This document shows positions 13,105 to 25,944 of a stretch of DNA of 64,000 nt, piece after piece (positions within the stretch are counted from its first letter, which is position 1; every line of letters begins with the position of its first letter). The DNA is from Camelus ferus (Eukaryota): contig NC_045708.1 in NCBI RefSeq assembly GCF_009834535.1, positions 30,566,001-30,630,000 of the forward strand, given 5' to 3'. The notes under the pieces were generated by a model. It had not been told where the DNA came from. It did no database searches and saw only the letters and a list, made by a program, of their open reading frames with translations. The position numbers and the translations under genes were made by a program.

Positions 13105-16035
13105 CTGAGGAAACACAGTAGAAGGAAGACCCTGGAACTCAGCCCTGTCAATAGCTCTCGGGGCGGGGGGTGGGGGACTCTGGCATTCTACACTGTTGTT
13201 CCCAGTGTGACCTGAGGCTTCAGGTCCCCCAGTTTTGGGCAAAAGTCTCATTTCTCTGCTCAAGGGCTCCTCTTGCCTGGCACAAGCAGTACCTCTGAGG
13301 GTGGCATAACCTGGCTTCCCTTGAAGGGAAAAAGCCCCCTTCCTCCCCCGCCACCACTCCCCCTACCCCTGCATTAATCTCTGAGACAGAAAATCTGAGG
13401 ATTCTCCGGAGATGTTGAAATATTTTTCAGAGAAGGAAAATTCCTTCTGTGATCTCTGCAGGATTTCAATACTCAGGAAAAAACCTAGGAGTTAGGTGAC
13501 TCTAGACACCTCTGGTGTTGGTACTATTATCCTCATTTTACAGATGAAGACACTGAGGTACAGAGGGGATATGCGACTTGATTCAGGTGACACTGCAGGA
13601 CATGGTAGAGCAGGGACCCACATCGAAACCCAGGTCTTTCCAAACCTAAAGCCCACGTGCTTTTCCTCTGCCATCCGCCTCCTGTCAGACGTGGAACAGA
13701 CGGTATCCCTCCCTGCAGACGGGCAGCCCTTCCCACATATGCTCACAGGCAGGGCTTACCCAGGACAAGGAAACTAAGTACCTTCCGGGGTCACATGTTT
13801 CCCTAGGTGCCCCGCTTAGTCTCCCAGCAGCAGTAGAAGGAAGGAAAAGAAAAAGACATCGTCAGTTGAAATAAAAGATGAAAGCAATAAGGGGGATGTT
13901 AAAGGCGTCGGTGATTCCTGTATCACCTATTACATGTACCCAAGAGGAAGACAGAACTCTTCCCCTGTGGTGTCTGAATGATTGGCTTCCCTCTCCAAGT
14001 GCCAGACACCAAGCTCGGTAGGTTGTCATCTCCTTTAACCCTCTCCAACAGCTCTATGAGGCTGTGAGGGAGCAAGTCCCACTTCTGCCATATATTCATT
14101 CAACACCAGTTTACTGAGTATCAGCCACGTGTCAGAACCCTGTTGCACCGGGATAAAGCAGGGAGACAGGGATTCTGGTCACCACGGGCGCCCGTCGGCT
14201 TCTGTGTAATTTAACTCATTTCCAGGAGTCTCATCTCTAGAACGGGAAGAATAGTGCCCACCTCACAGGGCAGCTGTGATGATTAAATGGGATGATGGGT
14301 GTAAACCAGCCAGCTCAGTGCCTGGCCTGGGACAGGGCTCAACCAATGTTACTTAGCTTCTTTCCAGAAGGGTGGTTGTAGTTAGAAATGGTAGATTGAC
14401 CACGTAGACTTATTTTCCCTTTCTGCCCCACACTCACTAATATGACCATAAGGGGTAGGGGTGGTGTGGTCTGAACCCAGCACGGAGACCAGGAGCGGTG
14501 CCATCTCAAATCCAGATGGTCACCATCTAGCAGCTGAAGAGGACAATGATGAGGTAACTGGTCTCCACATGGGAGGGGGTGACAAGAGAAGGGTTATTTC
14601 TATTGGAGACTCTCGGGATTCCAGCACTAGGAAGGAAGAAGCTTGGTTTTTAACTTCAGGGTAGGTGGGTACCACCACCTCACTGGGTTGCTATGAGAAT
14701 CAAATGAAAGAAAAGCTATGAAAACTTTTTGTCAACTAAAAAAATGCCACACACATTTGAAGGGTGGTTATTTTCAACAGTAAACACCACAACAAACAGA
14801 ACGGGAAGTCTGTTACTGCCTGCTTCTCCAGTGAACAGAGGAGAAATTAGCCACCATGGGCTGGAGTGCAGGCGGGGCAGGAGACTGTGCAGGGAGCATC
14901 CCGCTCCACCTGTGTGTCCCTAAGCCATGTGGCCGGCACCACACATATGTCTCCCAGGCTGGGAATGTGGTTTCAGGAGGTGGCTGAGGTTAGACGTGAG
15001 AAGACCAGCCACCTGCTACCTGTGTGCCATCAGCAAGACCCCTGTGATGCCACCTGCCCACACAACACTTTGCACATATTCATACACCATCTGCCAGCTC
15101 ACTATCTCACTTGACCCTCACACTCATCCTGTGCTGAAGACAGAGCAAGAACCATAATCCCATTTTACAGAAGGAGAAGCTGAGACTCAGAAGGGCAATG
15201 CAGCATGACTAACATCCCATACGATGTGCCAAAGGTCGCACGGCTAGTAAGTGGAAGGGCCAGGATTTGGGCCCAGAGTAGTGACTTCAAATCCATTGTT
15301 CTGGGCTCAAGGAGAGGATGTAGGTTCCGTGTGAGGCATACATACAAATATCGAGGTTCATAGTACCAAACTCCATTAAATTAAAAACAGAAAACATTCC
15401 ATGTTTTCAATTACAAAAATAATACCCATTCACTACAGGGAATTTAGAAAACATAAATGAGCAAAATCCAAAAATCACCTGTGATTCTGCCACTCAGAAA
15501 TAGCCATTGTTAAATGTACAGCACAACCTGAAGCCCCCCAGCAGTGCGGGGGTGCCTGCTTTCACTGCAGTGCCTTTTGCTTCAGTGTGTATTGTACAGA
15601 TTTTTCTTCTTGATTTGGAGTGAGATGGGAATAATGCTGAAATAGGGAGAGATCAGAGAATGGCAGAAAGAAGAGGGGACAGGGAGGGAAATGGAGACAG
15701 AAAAGAGATGAGTGAAAAAAAATTTAGCCTGAAGTAGAAAATGATAAATCTTGGCCAAATGGTATCAAGTCTCAAAGTAGGGATGCTAAAAATGGAAAGA
15801 ATATGGCTGCTTTGCAGTTCTGCTTTTCTTTACCGACTCAGAGAAAAGACTTCTGGGCCAAAGATTGTGCCAATTAAGGCTTCGGCTTATCCCCCAGGCT
15901 TCCTCTGTGCTCACACCGACCCGGGCACCCTGCCCCCACCCTGCCCAAGTGGTGCTGGCTCCCCTGTCCACCCACCTCCCTGTCCTCTGGTCTGGGTTCG
16001 GCTGGCCTCTGCCCTAACTAATGCAAGTCTCTCAC

Positions 16036-16175
16036 CTCTCGAGGGCTGATGGACCTGGCTTGCTCTTCTCCAAGCATGGCTGTATAGTAGGCCAGATTCT
16101 GGCTCATCACCTCATCGTTGGGAAAGAAGAGGAGATAGGTCTTGGCACACTCAATGGCCTGTGTATAATTCCCAA
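16036..16175 (-). CDS. P3H1: P3H1 exon 5 (140 nt)
   Basis: ttgcag|x-GNYTQAIECAKTYLLFFPNDEVMSQNLAYYTAMLGEEQARSISPRE|gtgaga. Confidence 0.96.
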
Positions 16176-16987
16176 CTGCAAAGGGGAAAAAAACGTGGCT
16201 GAGAAGAAAGCATCTAATCCTGGTTACCAGGAACCGCCTAGTGTTCAGTCTCAGCACAGCTCAAGGCAGTGATGACACGACAAGATGGCACCAGCTACAT
16301 ATCAAGACTGCCTGATTTGGGGGGACAAATTCCAGAATCCACATAGAATATATAATTGAGCTTAAGGTGCTCAGTGATCTCAGGTAATTCAAACATCAGC
16401 CCTAATATTCCCCATCATTAGACCAATTTCAGGAATATTCCCGTCTTCCTACCTTTTTTTCCCTATGGATTTTCAGAAGAGAAGGGAAGATTACAATAGC
16501 AGATTGCCTCTTTAGCAGAAGAGTTCTTATTGACATGTGTTGGTCTCTTCAACGCAACTATAAACAAGGTATATTCTTGAATATGCTGTAATGCTCAGCA
16601 CACAGTAGGAACTCGGTAAAGACCTGCTGACTTGTCGCTTTTCTGGATATTGACAGCCACACCCCCAACCCCAGTGCTACACTAGGGAGAAGGGCTGGGA
16701 AGTGTCCCGTGAGTAGGCTTATGTGGAACTACACCCTTGCCTTTGCTGTAACTTAACTCAGATGCAAAATCAGATTATAAACGTTAAGAGAGGGGACCAG
16801 AGAGTGAGGTCCTGGAGTCTCCCTCTCCCAGCTTTTAGGGCTGCAGGTACCAGCTTCCCAGGAAGTGGCTTATGACAAGGCACACAGGGATCACCTGGCA
16901 CTGTGCCTCCCAGAGCCACAGAGAGAGACCAAACAGGTTGACGAGGCACAGTGGCCATAATCCCTGCCTCCCTTGCTTCTGGCTTAN

Positions 16988-17149
16988 NNNNNNNNNNNNN
17001 NNNNNNNNNNNNNNNNNNNNNNNNNNNNNNNNNNNNNNNNNNNNNNNNNNNNNNNNNNNNNNNNNNNNNNNNNNNNNNNNNNNNNNNNNNNNNNNNNNNN
17101 NNNNNNNNNNNNNNNNNNTGCTTACAGCTGAGGACCTGGATGTAATGAT
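16988..17149 (-). CDS. P3H1: P3H1 exon 4, mostly hidden in N-run 16987-17118
   Basis: Acceptor tttcag then D-HYIQVLSCKQ visible at 17149-17119; the gap exits into TAAGCC, consistent with a (g)TAAGCC donor. The left boundary is inferred. Confidence 0.8.
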
Positions 17150-17351
17150 CTGAAAGGAATCAAGGAGGGGGTAGAAACATAAGGTCAATTTCCAGGATGC
17201 AAATTCTGTTTAAGATGAACAAATTCAAGTGGAGGCGATTTCCAGGCAGAGTCCCAGATTTAAGAGATTCAGGAATGAGGGTGAAGAGGCTGTGTCTGCC
17301 GTGTTACGTTGCTGCCGTCTGAGCCCAGCGGGCCTGGCCTGCGGCACGCAC

Positions 17352-17541
17352 CTGTGATGGCCTGGAAGAGGTCAGCGTTGTACTCCAGGTAGTTGTAGCC
17401 GTCGTAGTCATAGGGCCCTTCACAGAGGGCCCGGCACTCCTCATCCGCCACGAAGTACTCCTGCAGCGCTGCCTCCAGGTGGGGTATGGCTTCCTGCGGC
17501 TGCTCCTCCGAGTAGAGGCGCACCCCCAGCTGAAACTCGTG
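17352..17541 (-). CDS. P3H1: P3H1 exon 3 (190 nt)
   Basis: cagtag|HEFQLGVRLYSEEQPQEAIPHLEAALQEYFVADEECRALCEGPYDYDGYNYLEYNADLFQAIT-D|gtgcgt. Confidence 0.96.
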
Positions 17542-18022
17542 CTACTGGGAGGAAGGGGTACTCAGCTGCAGGGCAGGGCAGGCGGCAGGCCGCCCTCCCT
17601 CCTTGCCTGCAGCCACCTTCAAGGGCATCCTCGTAGGTGAGGGTGGCTGCCTGTAAAGGGTCTCTGTTTCTTTTGAAATTTTAAAACATCTAACTCAGTC
17701 TAGATGAAAAGACTCATGGGGATTCAGTGTCATCTTCTCACACTTTTCTGTAGGGCTAAAAGTTTTCAACATAAAAGTTTAATATAAAAAATTAGCTCAG
17801 ATTTTAGAATGTGATCAGAGGTGCTGAAAGCCATCTTTCCAGCAGTTACGGAGTGATTTGGGCCTCTGTGGCTGATTACAGACTGCCGTTCTGCTTTCTG
17901 TGGGACACAGCTTCCTTCTTGTGGACAATAACGATTTTCATTTGTCATGGAATCACCAAAAAAATCCCCCAAATTGTGTCGAGTTTGTGTAATGTACTAG
18001 ATGTACACAGTTTACTTTAAAA

Positions 18023-18179
18023 TTATTTATTTATTTATTATTGTATTATTTAATTGTTTTATTTTGGGGGGGGTAATTAGGTTTATTTTTAGAGGAGGTA
18101 CTGAGAATTGAACCCAGGACCTTCTATGCTAAACATGCTAAGCAGGGGCTCTACCACTTGAGCTATACCTCCCCCAAAG
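18023..18179 (-). mobile_element. Camelid tRNA-Ala-derived SINE (Vic-1-like)
   Basis: - strand GGGGAGGTATAGCTCAAGTGGTAGAG...GGTCCTGGGTTCAATTCTCAGTACCTCC plus A-rich tail; near-perfect TSD GTTTACTTT(T)AAAA at 18010 and 18180. Confidence 0.88.
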
Positions 18180-18751
18180 GTTTACTTTTAAAAGTCATTC
18201 TGATATTGTTTGTAATATGCCTGTTTCTAAACTAGAACATAAGCCCTTTATAAGAATGCTGTATCATCACAGACAATTATCTCTTATGAGATACAGACTT
18301 TTCTTGCTAAATTAATAGAATAAGAACATTGAGGAGTATTGTACCACACACTGTAGTGAAAAACAAAAAACTACATGAGCAAAAAAATTTGACTAGTAAG
18401 TTAATATAATCTGTGCATAAGATGGACTATCATGCAGTCATTAAAAATTGTGTTTTCAAAGAAAATTTGAAGATATGAGAAAAGGCACATGATGTAATAA
18501 TGTTAGTGCAAAAAGGATGATGAAAAATACATACGTCATATGACACCAAATAAGATTAAAAAGTGATACAGAAGACTTACAAAATACGCCAAAATATCAA
18601 CTACTGGTTTTCTTAAGGTGGTAATATTATAGGTGATTACTTTCCGTTTTATACTTATTTCCATTTTTCTATTATTGTACTTCTGTCATCAGGAAACAAC
18701 CCTAGTAAATGTCACTATAATAAAAAGAGAAGAGGATAATGTTTTTTTCAC

Positions 18752-18904
18752 CATATGCGGTTTGGCTTCAAGATCCTTGAAGTCGGCCTCCTTCACCCCA
18801 GACATGGTTTGGTAATAGTCTAGGTTCTGACGCATCTCCATGTGCTCAGGATTGCCCACGAAGAACGTATGTGCTGCTGCCACGGCTTTCTCCAACTTGT
18901 TTAT
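18752..18904 (-). CDS. P3H1: P3H1 exon 2 (153 nt)
   Basis: cttag|INKLEKAVAAAHTFFVGNPEHMEMRQNLDYYQTMSGVKEADFKDLEAKPHM|gtgaaa. Confidence 0.96.
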
Positions 18905-19972
18905 CTAAGGATGAAGCACAAGAACACAGCTGTCACATCCACACCCATAAGGTTTATGTCCAAATGTGCAGTTCATGGTAAACAGGAAATCCCAGCCTTC
19001 CTGAGCCTTCCACGCGGTGTGCCCCAGCCCAGAAAACACACCTACGGCAGGAACTACATACCAGAGATCAGAAGCACAGGGCCCTGGGCGGATTTTCAGC
19101 TATTTCCCAAATCAGGATTAGGGATTCCTCAAATTACAGGAGGTAATGCTTCAAAAGTGTAAACACTATTTTAAAACAAAGGTTGTATTGTAGGGGGAAT
19201 GCTATGGAAGACTGCCCGGATAATACATTCTTGAGATTGAGATGTAGTGACTGAGCTAAAGAAAATCTAAAGAGTCAAGGATTTAGCGATAGCAGAGAAA
19301 GAGCAGTTAACAACTAGACTATGCTTAAGAATTTGCCTAGAAAAAATATGTATATATTTTTGCATAAAATAAATGTTTTGACACATTGAAGGAAAAAGTG
19401 GGTGGTTGAAAAGTCTTAAGGTCCTATACAAAATCCAGACGTGGCATCTTCTGACTCAAAGCCCAGGACTCATGTGGTTAAAACAAGTCAGTATCCAGAA
19501 ATCTGAGGGGGAAAAAATGTACAACAGGTCACAATAATGCCTATAGCAATGGACTCCAATGTATCAAAGTTATACAGGTTCATATGTAGAACCCAAAACA
19601 AATCACTGATGATCTAATGATTAACTAGATGGGTTTGGGGGTCAGACTGGTAACAAAGGTAGATTTAATTATTTACTTGCTGGGGCTTTAGACAAATTAC
19701 TTAAAGTTTACTCTCTAAACTCAGTTCCCTAGTCTGTCGTCTGGAGATAGTACTCGCTAGCCACAGGATTGCCAGGAAGGTGAAACAAGATGATAGATAC
19801 ATGCAGTTTCTAACANNNNNNNNNNNNNNNNNNNNNNNNNNNNNNNNNNNNNNNNNNNNNNNNNNNNNNNNNNNNNNNNNNNNNNNNNNNNNNNNNNNNN
19901 NNNNNNNNNNNNNNNNNNNNNNNNNNNNNNNNNNNNNNNNNNNNNNNNNNNNNNNNNNNNNNNNNNNNNNNN

Positions 19973-20725
19973 TGCTAGAGATAAATGGAGAAAAGGGAAC
20001 CTTCCTACATTGCTGGTGGGAATGTTGTTTGGTGCAGCCGTTATGGAAAACAGTATGGAGAGTCCTCAAAAGACTAAAAATAGACTTACCATATCATCCA
20101 GCAATCCTATTCCTGGGCATATATCCAGAAGGAAACTTANNNNNNNNNNNNNNNNNNNNNNNNNNNNNNNNNNNNNNNNNNNNNNNNNNNNNNNNNNNNN
20201 NNNNNNNNNNNNNNNNNNNNNNNNNNNNNNNNNNNNNNNNNNNNNNNNNNNNNNNNNNNNNNNNNNNNNNNNNNNNNNNNNNNNNNNNNNNNNNNNNNNN
20301 NNNNNNNNNNNNNNNNNNNNNNNNNNNNNNNNNNNNNNNNNNNNNNNNNNNNNNNNNNNNNNNNNNNNNNNNNNNNNNNNNNNNNNNNNNNNNNNNNNNN
20401 NNNNNNNNNNNNNNNATTTACAAAACAGAAACAGACTCGCAGGCACAGAAAACAAACTAATGGTTACGGGGAGGGGGAGGAAAGGGATGGAAAGGGATAA
20501 ATTGGGAGTTTGAGATTTGCAGATACTAATATATATAAAATAGATAAACAACCAGTTCATGCTGTATAGCACAGTGAACTATATTCAATGTCTTGTAGTA
20601 ACCTATGGTGAAAAAGAATATGAAAATGAATATATGTATGTTCATGTATGACTGAAGCATTATGCTGTACACCAGCAATTGACACAACACTGTAAACTGA
20701 CTATACTTCAATAAAAAATATATAT
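19973..20725 (+). mobile_element. 5'-truncated artiodactyl/camelid L1 (ORF2 C-terminus, 3'UTR, polyA), antisense in P3H1 intron 1
   Basis: ...[39 protein letters not shown] is the ORF2 C-terminal motif; 3'UTR ends ACTTCAATAAAAAATA; interrupted by N-runs. Confidence 0.92.
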
Positions 20726-22483
20726 ACTAACATATGGTGCCAGACACGTATTAAGTGCTTAAAAAATGTTAGTTCAATAAATGTAAATCTCAGCATATTA
20801 TTAATATGCTAAGAAAAAAAATTTTTTTTCTGATCATCAGCACTAGTAATGCACACTAAGCAAGGAGTCAGCCCTGGCTGTGACCCGAAAATAGCTAGGT
20901 GATCCAAGGTCACCAATCCCCATCTCTGTACCTCAGTTTCCTTAACTGTAAAATTAGAAATTCTCTCAAGTCTGTTCCTGTAACGGATTGATTCTCTCTC
21001 TGGTATCCTTCAGGACTGCTCTTGCCTTTCTCCGATCTCCTCCATCTCCTCTCCCCTCACCCCACCCCCAGCCCTTCTTTACCCGCCAAGCACGTGGCAT
21101 CTCATTTCCTTTCCTCATGTGGACAACCACACTGCTAGTGGTTCACCCTGCCACCACTTTCTCCTTCTCCCAAGGCTTATTACATGTGGCTTCCAGAATT
21201 AGCATTCCATAGCCCTGTTCTGATGATGGCTCCCTGAAGTCTGCAGAATTTTCTTCCCAGTCTGGCCTCACTCTATGCGAATGGCCATCCTTGCTCTCTC
21301 TAGCAATATTTGGGATCAGTTTCAAATGTCATGTCATCTTTCAAGTCTAATTTCTCTGAGACAAAGCTATATTCTCCCCGATTTGTGCTCCCACAGCTTG
21401 CTGTACACACCCTTTTTGTAGCCCTTACTACTAAAGGGATTCTTAACAGCAAAGCAAGGCAAAACAAAAGAATATAAAGTCAAGCACTTTAATTACCTGT
21501 ACAAGAACTGGAATGTACTAAGTATTCAATAAATGTTTGTCAAAGAATTTTTTAAAGTGCTGTTAAGTGACATGACCAAAGACATAGCCCAATTATTTTG
21601 GCTTCAAGTCCAGCACTCTTCTGGGAAACTAGAAGGAATGGAACAGAACTGCGTAGGCCAAATGCTTGTGGGGAGGTGGAAGTCTGAGATTCCCCAAGAT
21701 TTTCCAAGTCTCTCTTTAGAGTGAAGGTCTGCTCAACTATGGATATAACAGATTGACGGCACAGTCCCTCTTTCTCTTTCCCCCCAGTAAAATCGGGCCA
21801 ATAATGGCCTCGACTTTACAGGACATTGCCAGGATCTGGACAAATGAATTCATAAACGCGAAGTACTTAACAGTGCCTGGAAGTATGTGTTGGTTATCAT
21901 CACCATCTTACACAAGTCAGAGAGTTCCAAATCTATGTACACACTTGGACTTAAGGCACTCTGGAATTCCTAAAACACTCATTTTCGCTGGAAACCTGAC
22001 AGACTAGCCAGAGGGTCCCCCACGGGGAGGGGCCATACAGCCCCTACTGGCGACGTGGCAACCTCACATCCTGAAGGAAAGCTACTGCACTCCAGGAGCA
22101 GGAAAAGCATCACTGAAAAGCGAACCGGAAGGAAGATATTGTAGAAAGGTCCTAGCTTCTTACTCCGTTACTTACAATGAATCAGAATCAGAGACCCAAG
22201 CTGCCGCATTAGTTCCCTCTAGGAGGCCTCTCGGGGACACAAGGCCAAGTTTTGCTTGGTCTGTGCCTTAACCCTAGGCTGGACTTTTAGGATCACCATC
22301 TGCCTATGCGAACCGGGCGAAGCTAGTCTCCCGGCAGGGTCCCTGCTCTCCCTGGGTCCGGGGAGAGCTCTCCAGCCAGAGGCCACTTTTCCACTCCACG
22401 GACACTTCCCTGGTCCCCCAAGTCCCCCCGGGTCAACCACGCCCAGAAGGACTCCGGCCGCCTGGGCCCAGGCAGGTCTGCAC

Positions 22484-22948
22484 CTTGAAGTAGGCGACCT
22501 GCAGATAGTTGTAGGGGCTTCGCTTGTGGAACTCCAACTCCAGCTCCTCGCTGAGCGAGAGGGCAGCCGATGGCCCGAGGCAGCGGCGCAGGCAAGCGGC
22601 TCGGCGGAGCAAGCCCCCGAAGAAGTGCAGGTCGTGCAGGGCGGCGGCGCCCGAGGCCTGAGCCTGGCTTGGGGGCGAGGCGGGGTCCAGCTCCCACGGC
22701 AGGTCGGCGGCACACTGGGTGCGGCAGCGCAGCCGGAGGGCGCGCAGGGCTGCCCGTGATCGCAGCGCCCGCTCCATGCTCAGGACCACCCCGGCCCAGT
22801 CCCCGCGCGCGTAGGCCGCGGTCCCCTCCGCGAAGAGCAGATCAGGAGCCGCCATGTCCCACCCCGCCTCCGAGTCGGCCTCGGCCCGCGAGACAGCGGC
22901 GGCGACCGCCAGCAGCGTAGTCAGCAGCCTCAACGCGCGTGCCGCCAT
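22484..22948 (-). CDS. P3H1: Prolyl 3-hydroxylase 1 (leprecan), exon 1 (465 nt)
   Basis: MAARALRLLTTLLAVAAAVSRA signal peptide, CRTQC and CLRRC CXXXC motifs, ends YNYLQVAYFK; donor AAG|GTGCAG. Confidence 0.97.
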
Positions 22949-23291
22949 TGCCTCCTCAGACCTAACGGGACCCGCTGGTCACCGGCCACGGAGGCCGGAG
23001 TCCCACCCCCGGGAGGCCCCGCCCCCGGCCGAAGCCCCGCCCCCAAGTGCTCACCCGGCTCCCAAGCTCGGCAGCGCAAGCCCAGGAGGCTTGCACCGCC
23101 TCTTCTGCCTCCCTTCAGCCTGGACTCCGCCCCTCAGCGGAACCCTGCGCGTCAGCAGGAGCCCCGCCTCCGAGCTCCAGGCAGCTCCGACGCCCAATGG
23201 CCAGGGAATACGGAAGCTCCGCCCACGGGCCTTTATGCGCATGCTCTGCCGCCTCGCGCCGCCGGGGTAGTAGGGAGGACGCGACGCTGTC

Positions 23292-23367
23292 ATGGAAGAC
23301 GCTGCGACGCCCGGGCTGACCGAAGGAGTCACAGAAAACCGAGTTCAGTTGGCTGCAGGTCGGGGAG
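23292..23367 (+). CDS. C1orf50: C1orf50 (DUF2452 family) exon 1 coding part (76 nt)
   Basis: MEDAATPGLTEGVTENRVQLAAGRG-G then donor GTAGGC; resembles recalled human MEDAAAPGRTEGV... Confidence 0.88.
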
Positions 23368-23462
23368 GTAGGCGGGGCGGGAGTCAGGAGGGGAGAAGAA
23401 GCCCTCCCGGAGCAGCTAGTCTGCCGGGCTCGGCGGGAGGCCGAGGGCGGGCGCTCACGGCC

Positions 23463-23626
23463 NNNNNNNNNNNNNNNNNNNNNNNNNNNNNNNNNNNNNN
23501 NNNNNNNNNNNNNNNNNNNNNNNNNNNNNNNNNNNNNNNNNNNNNNNNNNNNNNNNNNNNNNNNNNNNNNNNNNNNNNNNNNNNNNNNNNNNNNNNNNNN
23601 NNNNNNNNNNNNNNNNNNNNNNNNNN
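23463..23626 (+). other. C1orf50: N-run probably hiding C1orf50 exon 2
   Basis: Exon 1 ends in phase 1 and exon 3 starts in phase 0. The intervening orthologous peptide (GALVELTP...AEQVQK) is not visible elsewhere between 23368 and 27559, and the 164-N run can hold it. Confidence 0.65.
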
Positions 23627-24220
23627 AAAGACCGTCTTCCGTGCACGTTTGGTCGTGCGTCTTAGGGCTCAGACCTTCCAGCCGCTTAGTGTGGGGTAGC
23701 ATCTGTTCTTGTCTCCATTTTACACGCGGGGAGAACTGATGGTCACTGCGAGTCGGTGGCCTGACTCGAACTCTGATCTGAGAATAAACACTCCTTCAGC
23801 TGCAACTTGACTGCCCATAATCTCCCTTCGTGGGAAGGTTTGTGCGGTACTGTCAATATTCATGATTTCATTTGGGCCTTAGGACAGCCCTGTGAGGTGG
23901 GCAGTAGTTATTCTTCCTATCTGACACGTGAAGAGAAGTGAGAAGTTTCCAGGGAAGTTTCGATATCACTGTAACGCTGTTCTGCAGGGATGCACAGTCC
24001 ACTTTAAACTGCTTCCGTACCTGTGACCTGAGGGATTGTAGAACTTAACATCTTAAGGGCAAGGACTGTAGGTTTTGTCCTCTGTCCTCATTCTCTGGAC
24101 ACCGTATTCCCAAGCCCAGCGCTTAGACACTGACTGCCAAAAGAAGTAAAATAAGACTGAAATGTGAAATAAGAGAAAAAACACTGGGAATTTGGACACC
24201 TGAGTTTTAATCCCAGTTTT

Positions 24221-24259
24221 TTTTTTAACTTTTTTTATTGATTTATAATCATTTTACAA
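24221..24259 (-). mobile_element. Ultra-truncated L1 3' tip (39 nt) with 14-bp TSD
   Basis: TSD TTAATCCCAGTTTT at 24207-24220 and 24260-24273; insert reads TTGTAAAATGATTATAAATCAATAAAAAAAGTTAAAAAA on - strand. Confidence 0.8.
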
Positions 24260-25944
24260 TTAATCCCAGTTTTGATACTAACTTACACTGTGACTTGAGG
24301 TAAATTACATTTCTCTGGACCTCAGTGTCTTTATCTGTAAAATCCAGGGTTTGAACTAGGAGAGCTCCTAGATCTAAAGTTCTTGAAAAACCAAATTTCA
24401 TCTAATCTTTCTTACCAGGACTTCCAGTTGTAGAACCCTCTTCAGTATGTACAGATACAGGGCCTTGGCTGCTTCAAAGCGTATGATATTCCCTCATCCT
24501 TGTATACACTATCACATTTGGCCTTGGTTGTGTTAAAGGCCTTCGTTTTGCTCAAAAATATTTAATAATGAATGTGCTTAAGTTCTGTTATATATACATC
24601 TCTGTACTTCAGTTTTTTTAAAAATTAAGAAATACTCAAATACTTAGGAAATCTGTGATTAAACCTTGTGCTTTCTCTTTTCTAGAGAGGTAGGAAGCCA
24701 AGTATAACTATGGGTTAGGAGAACATTATGTGTCTGTTTAATCAGATCACTTATTGGGAGTGAGGCTCCCAGGGTCAGATCTTTGGCACACATTTTCATT
24801 GGGTTACCAAGTGACCATTATGTTTATTACAGTGGCCTAAAACAAAGAAAGAAGTAACACGGTTTTTGTCCTTCAGCCTATAATCAATCTAGTGAAATAT
24901 AGAGGATGCATTGCTGTGCTGCCTTCATGTTTCCAGTATTAGTCTTTGAGAAACTGATGGAAAAACACTCTGGAGACAAACAAATTGGATGAAGCATATT
25001 TACTGCCTGTGTACTGAAACGTACTTTCTAGCAGGACTGATTTCTTACCTGCCATTTGACATTAACGTGTGTTCAGAAAGCTTGGGAGCCCTGGGATTAA
25101 GACATGAAATTTAGAACCAGCCTGATCTGTGTTGAAATCTTCAACTGCCATTTATGAGCTATGAAACCTTGGACAGGTCGCTTCACCAGTCTGAGTCTAA
25201 TTCCTAAAATGAGAAAGTGAAGATACCTTCATAAGGTGTTACAAGAGTTAAATGAGGTAGTAAATGAGTAAAAGACCTCAGAGTGATTAAGGCCAGAGTT
25301 TGTGCTTGATAATTATAGGTACTCTTTCCCTTAGTTCTGTTTTAACTAGCCTCTTTTGTTTACAAGGAACAGATTTGTTGCCACCTTAAGAAAAAGGAGA
25401 TATATTGTAAGGCCGCTTCTAACCCAGAACTGTCTTAGCCCTAGGAACCACCTCACTCTCTCATGGCCACATTGTCCTTGGAACAGAAGGCAAATTCTTA
25501 TATCAGGAGCCATAAAGCCTTGCGTGATCTCGTCTCTGCCCTCTTTTTCACATCTCCCCTCAGTAACTACCCTTGAGCTGCACTGGCCTCAGAAATGCCT
25601 GGAAGCTGCTGCTTCAGTTTTTTGCATGGCTGGCCCTTTCATTCAGACTCAAGTCAAATGTCACATCCTTGATTAGGCTTTTTTGACTCTAGAGGGTTAT
25701 ACCCCACCTCATCCAAATGACAGTATTATTCAGTTAAATTTGAATGCCTCCAGACTACACATGCATTCTAATTCCTGCAGTCCTTACCACTCCCTGTTAC
25801 TAAACCATTTGCTTCATTCGTTATATTTGATCTGCTTCTACCACATATTGTGGTTATTTCCTTCATAACAACATCATAATTCCAAGTACATACAACACTA
25901 AGTTTAATGATTTTTCTTTTTGGTGTCTGTATTTGTTACTCACT

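Larger units (their letters stand above)
22300..23700. promoter_or_regulatory. CpG island and bidirectional promoter shared by P3H1 (-) and C1orf50 (+)
   Basis: CpG-dense; ATGs at 22948 and 23292 are 343 nt apart; GC boxes near 23017, 23035, 23126 and 23161; CCAAT 23194-23198; NRF1-like TGCGCATGCTC 23236-23246. Confidence 0.9.

Noticed and set aside
19800-19972. Possible TSD (CTAACA...) for the L1 in P3H1 intron 1
   Set aside because: The left copy runs into an N-run, so only 6 nt can be compared
19780-20572. Long ORFs spanning N-runs (also near 23115-23702, 28468-28933, 42153-42799, 59339-59777)
   Set aside because: Their length comes from X codons across the gaps
22219-23332. Many overlapping 90-170 aa ORFs around P3H1 exon 1
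   Set aside because: Stop-poor CpG island; only the P3H1 and C1orf50 frames have ortholog support
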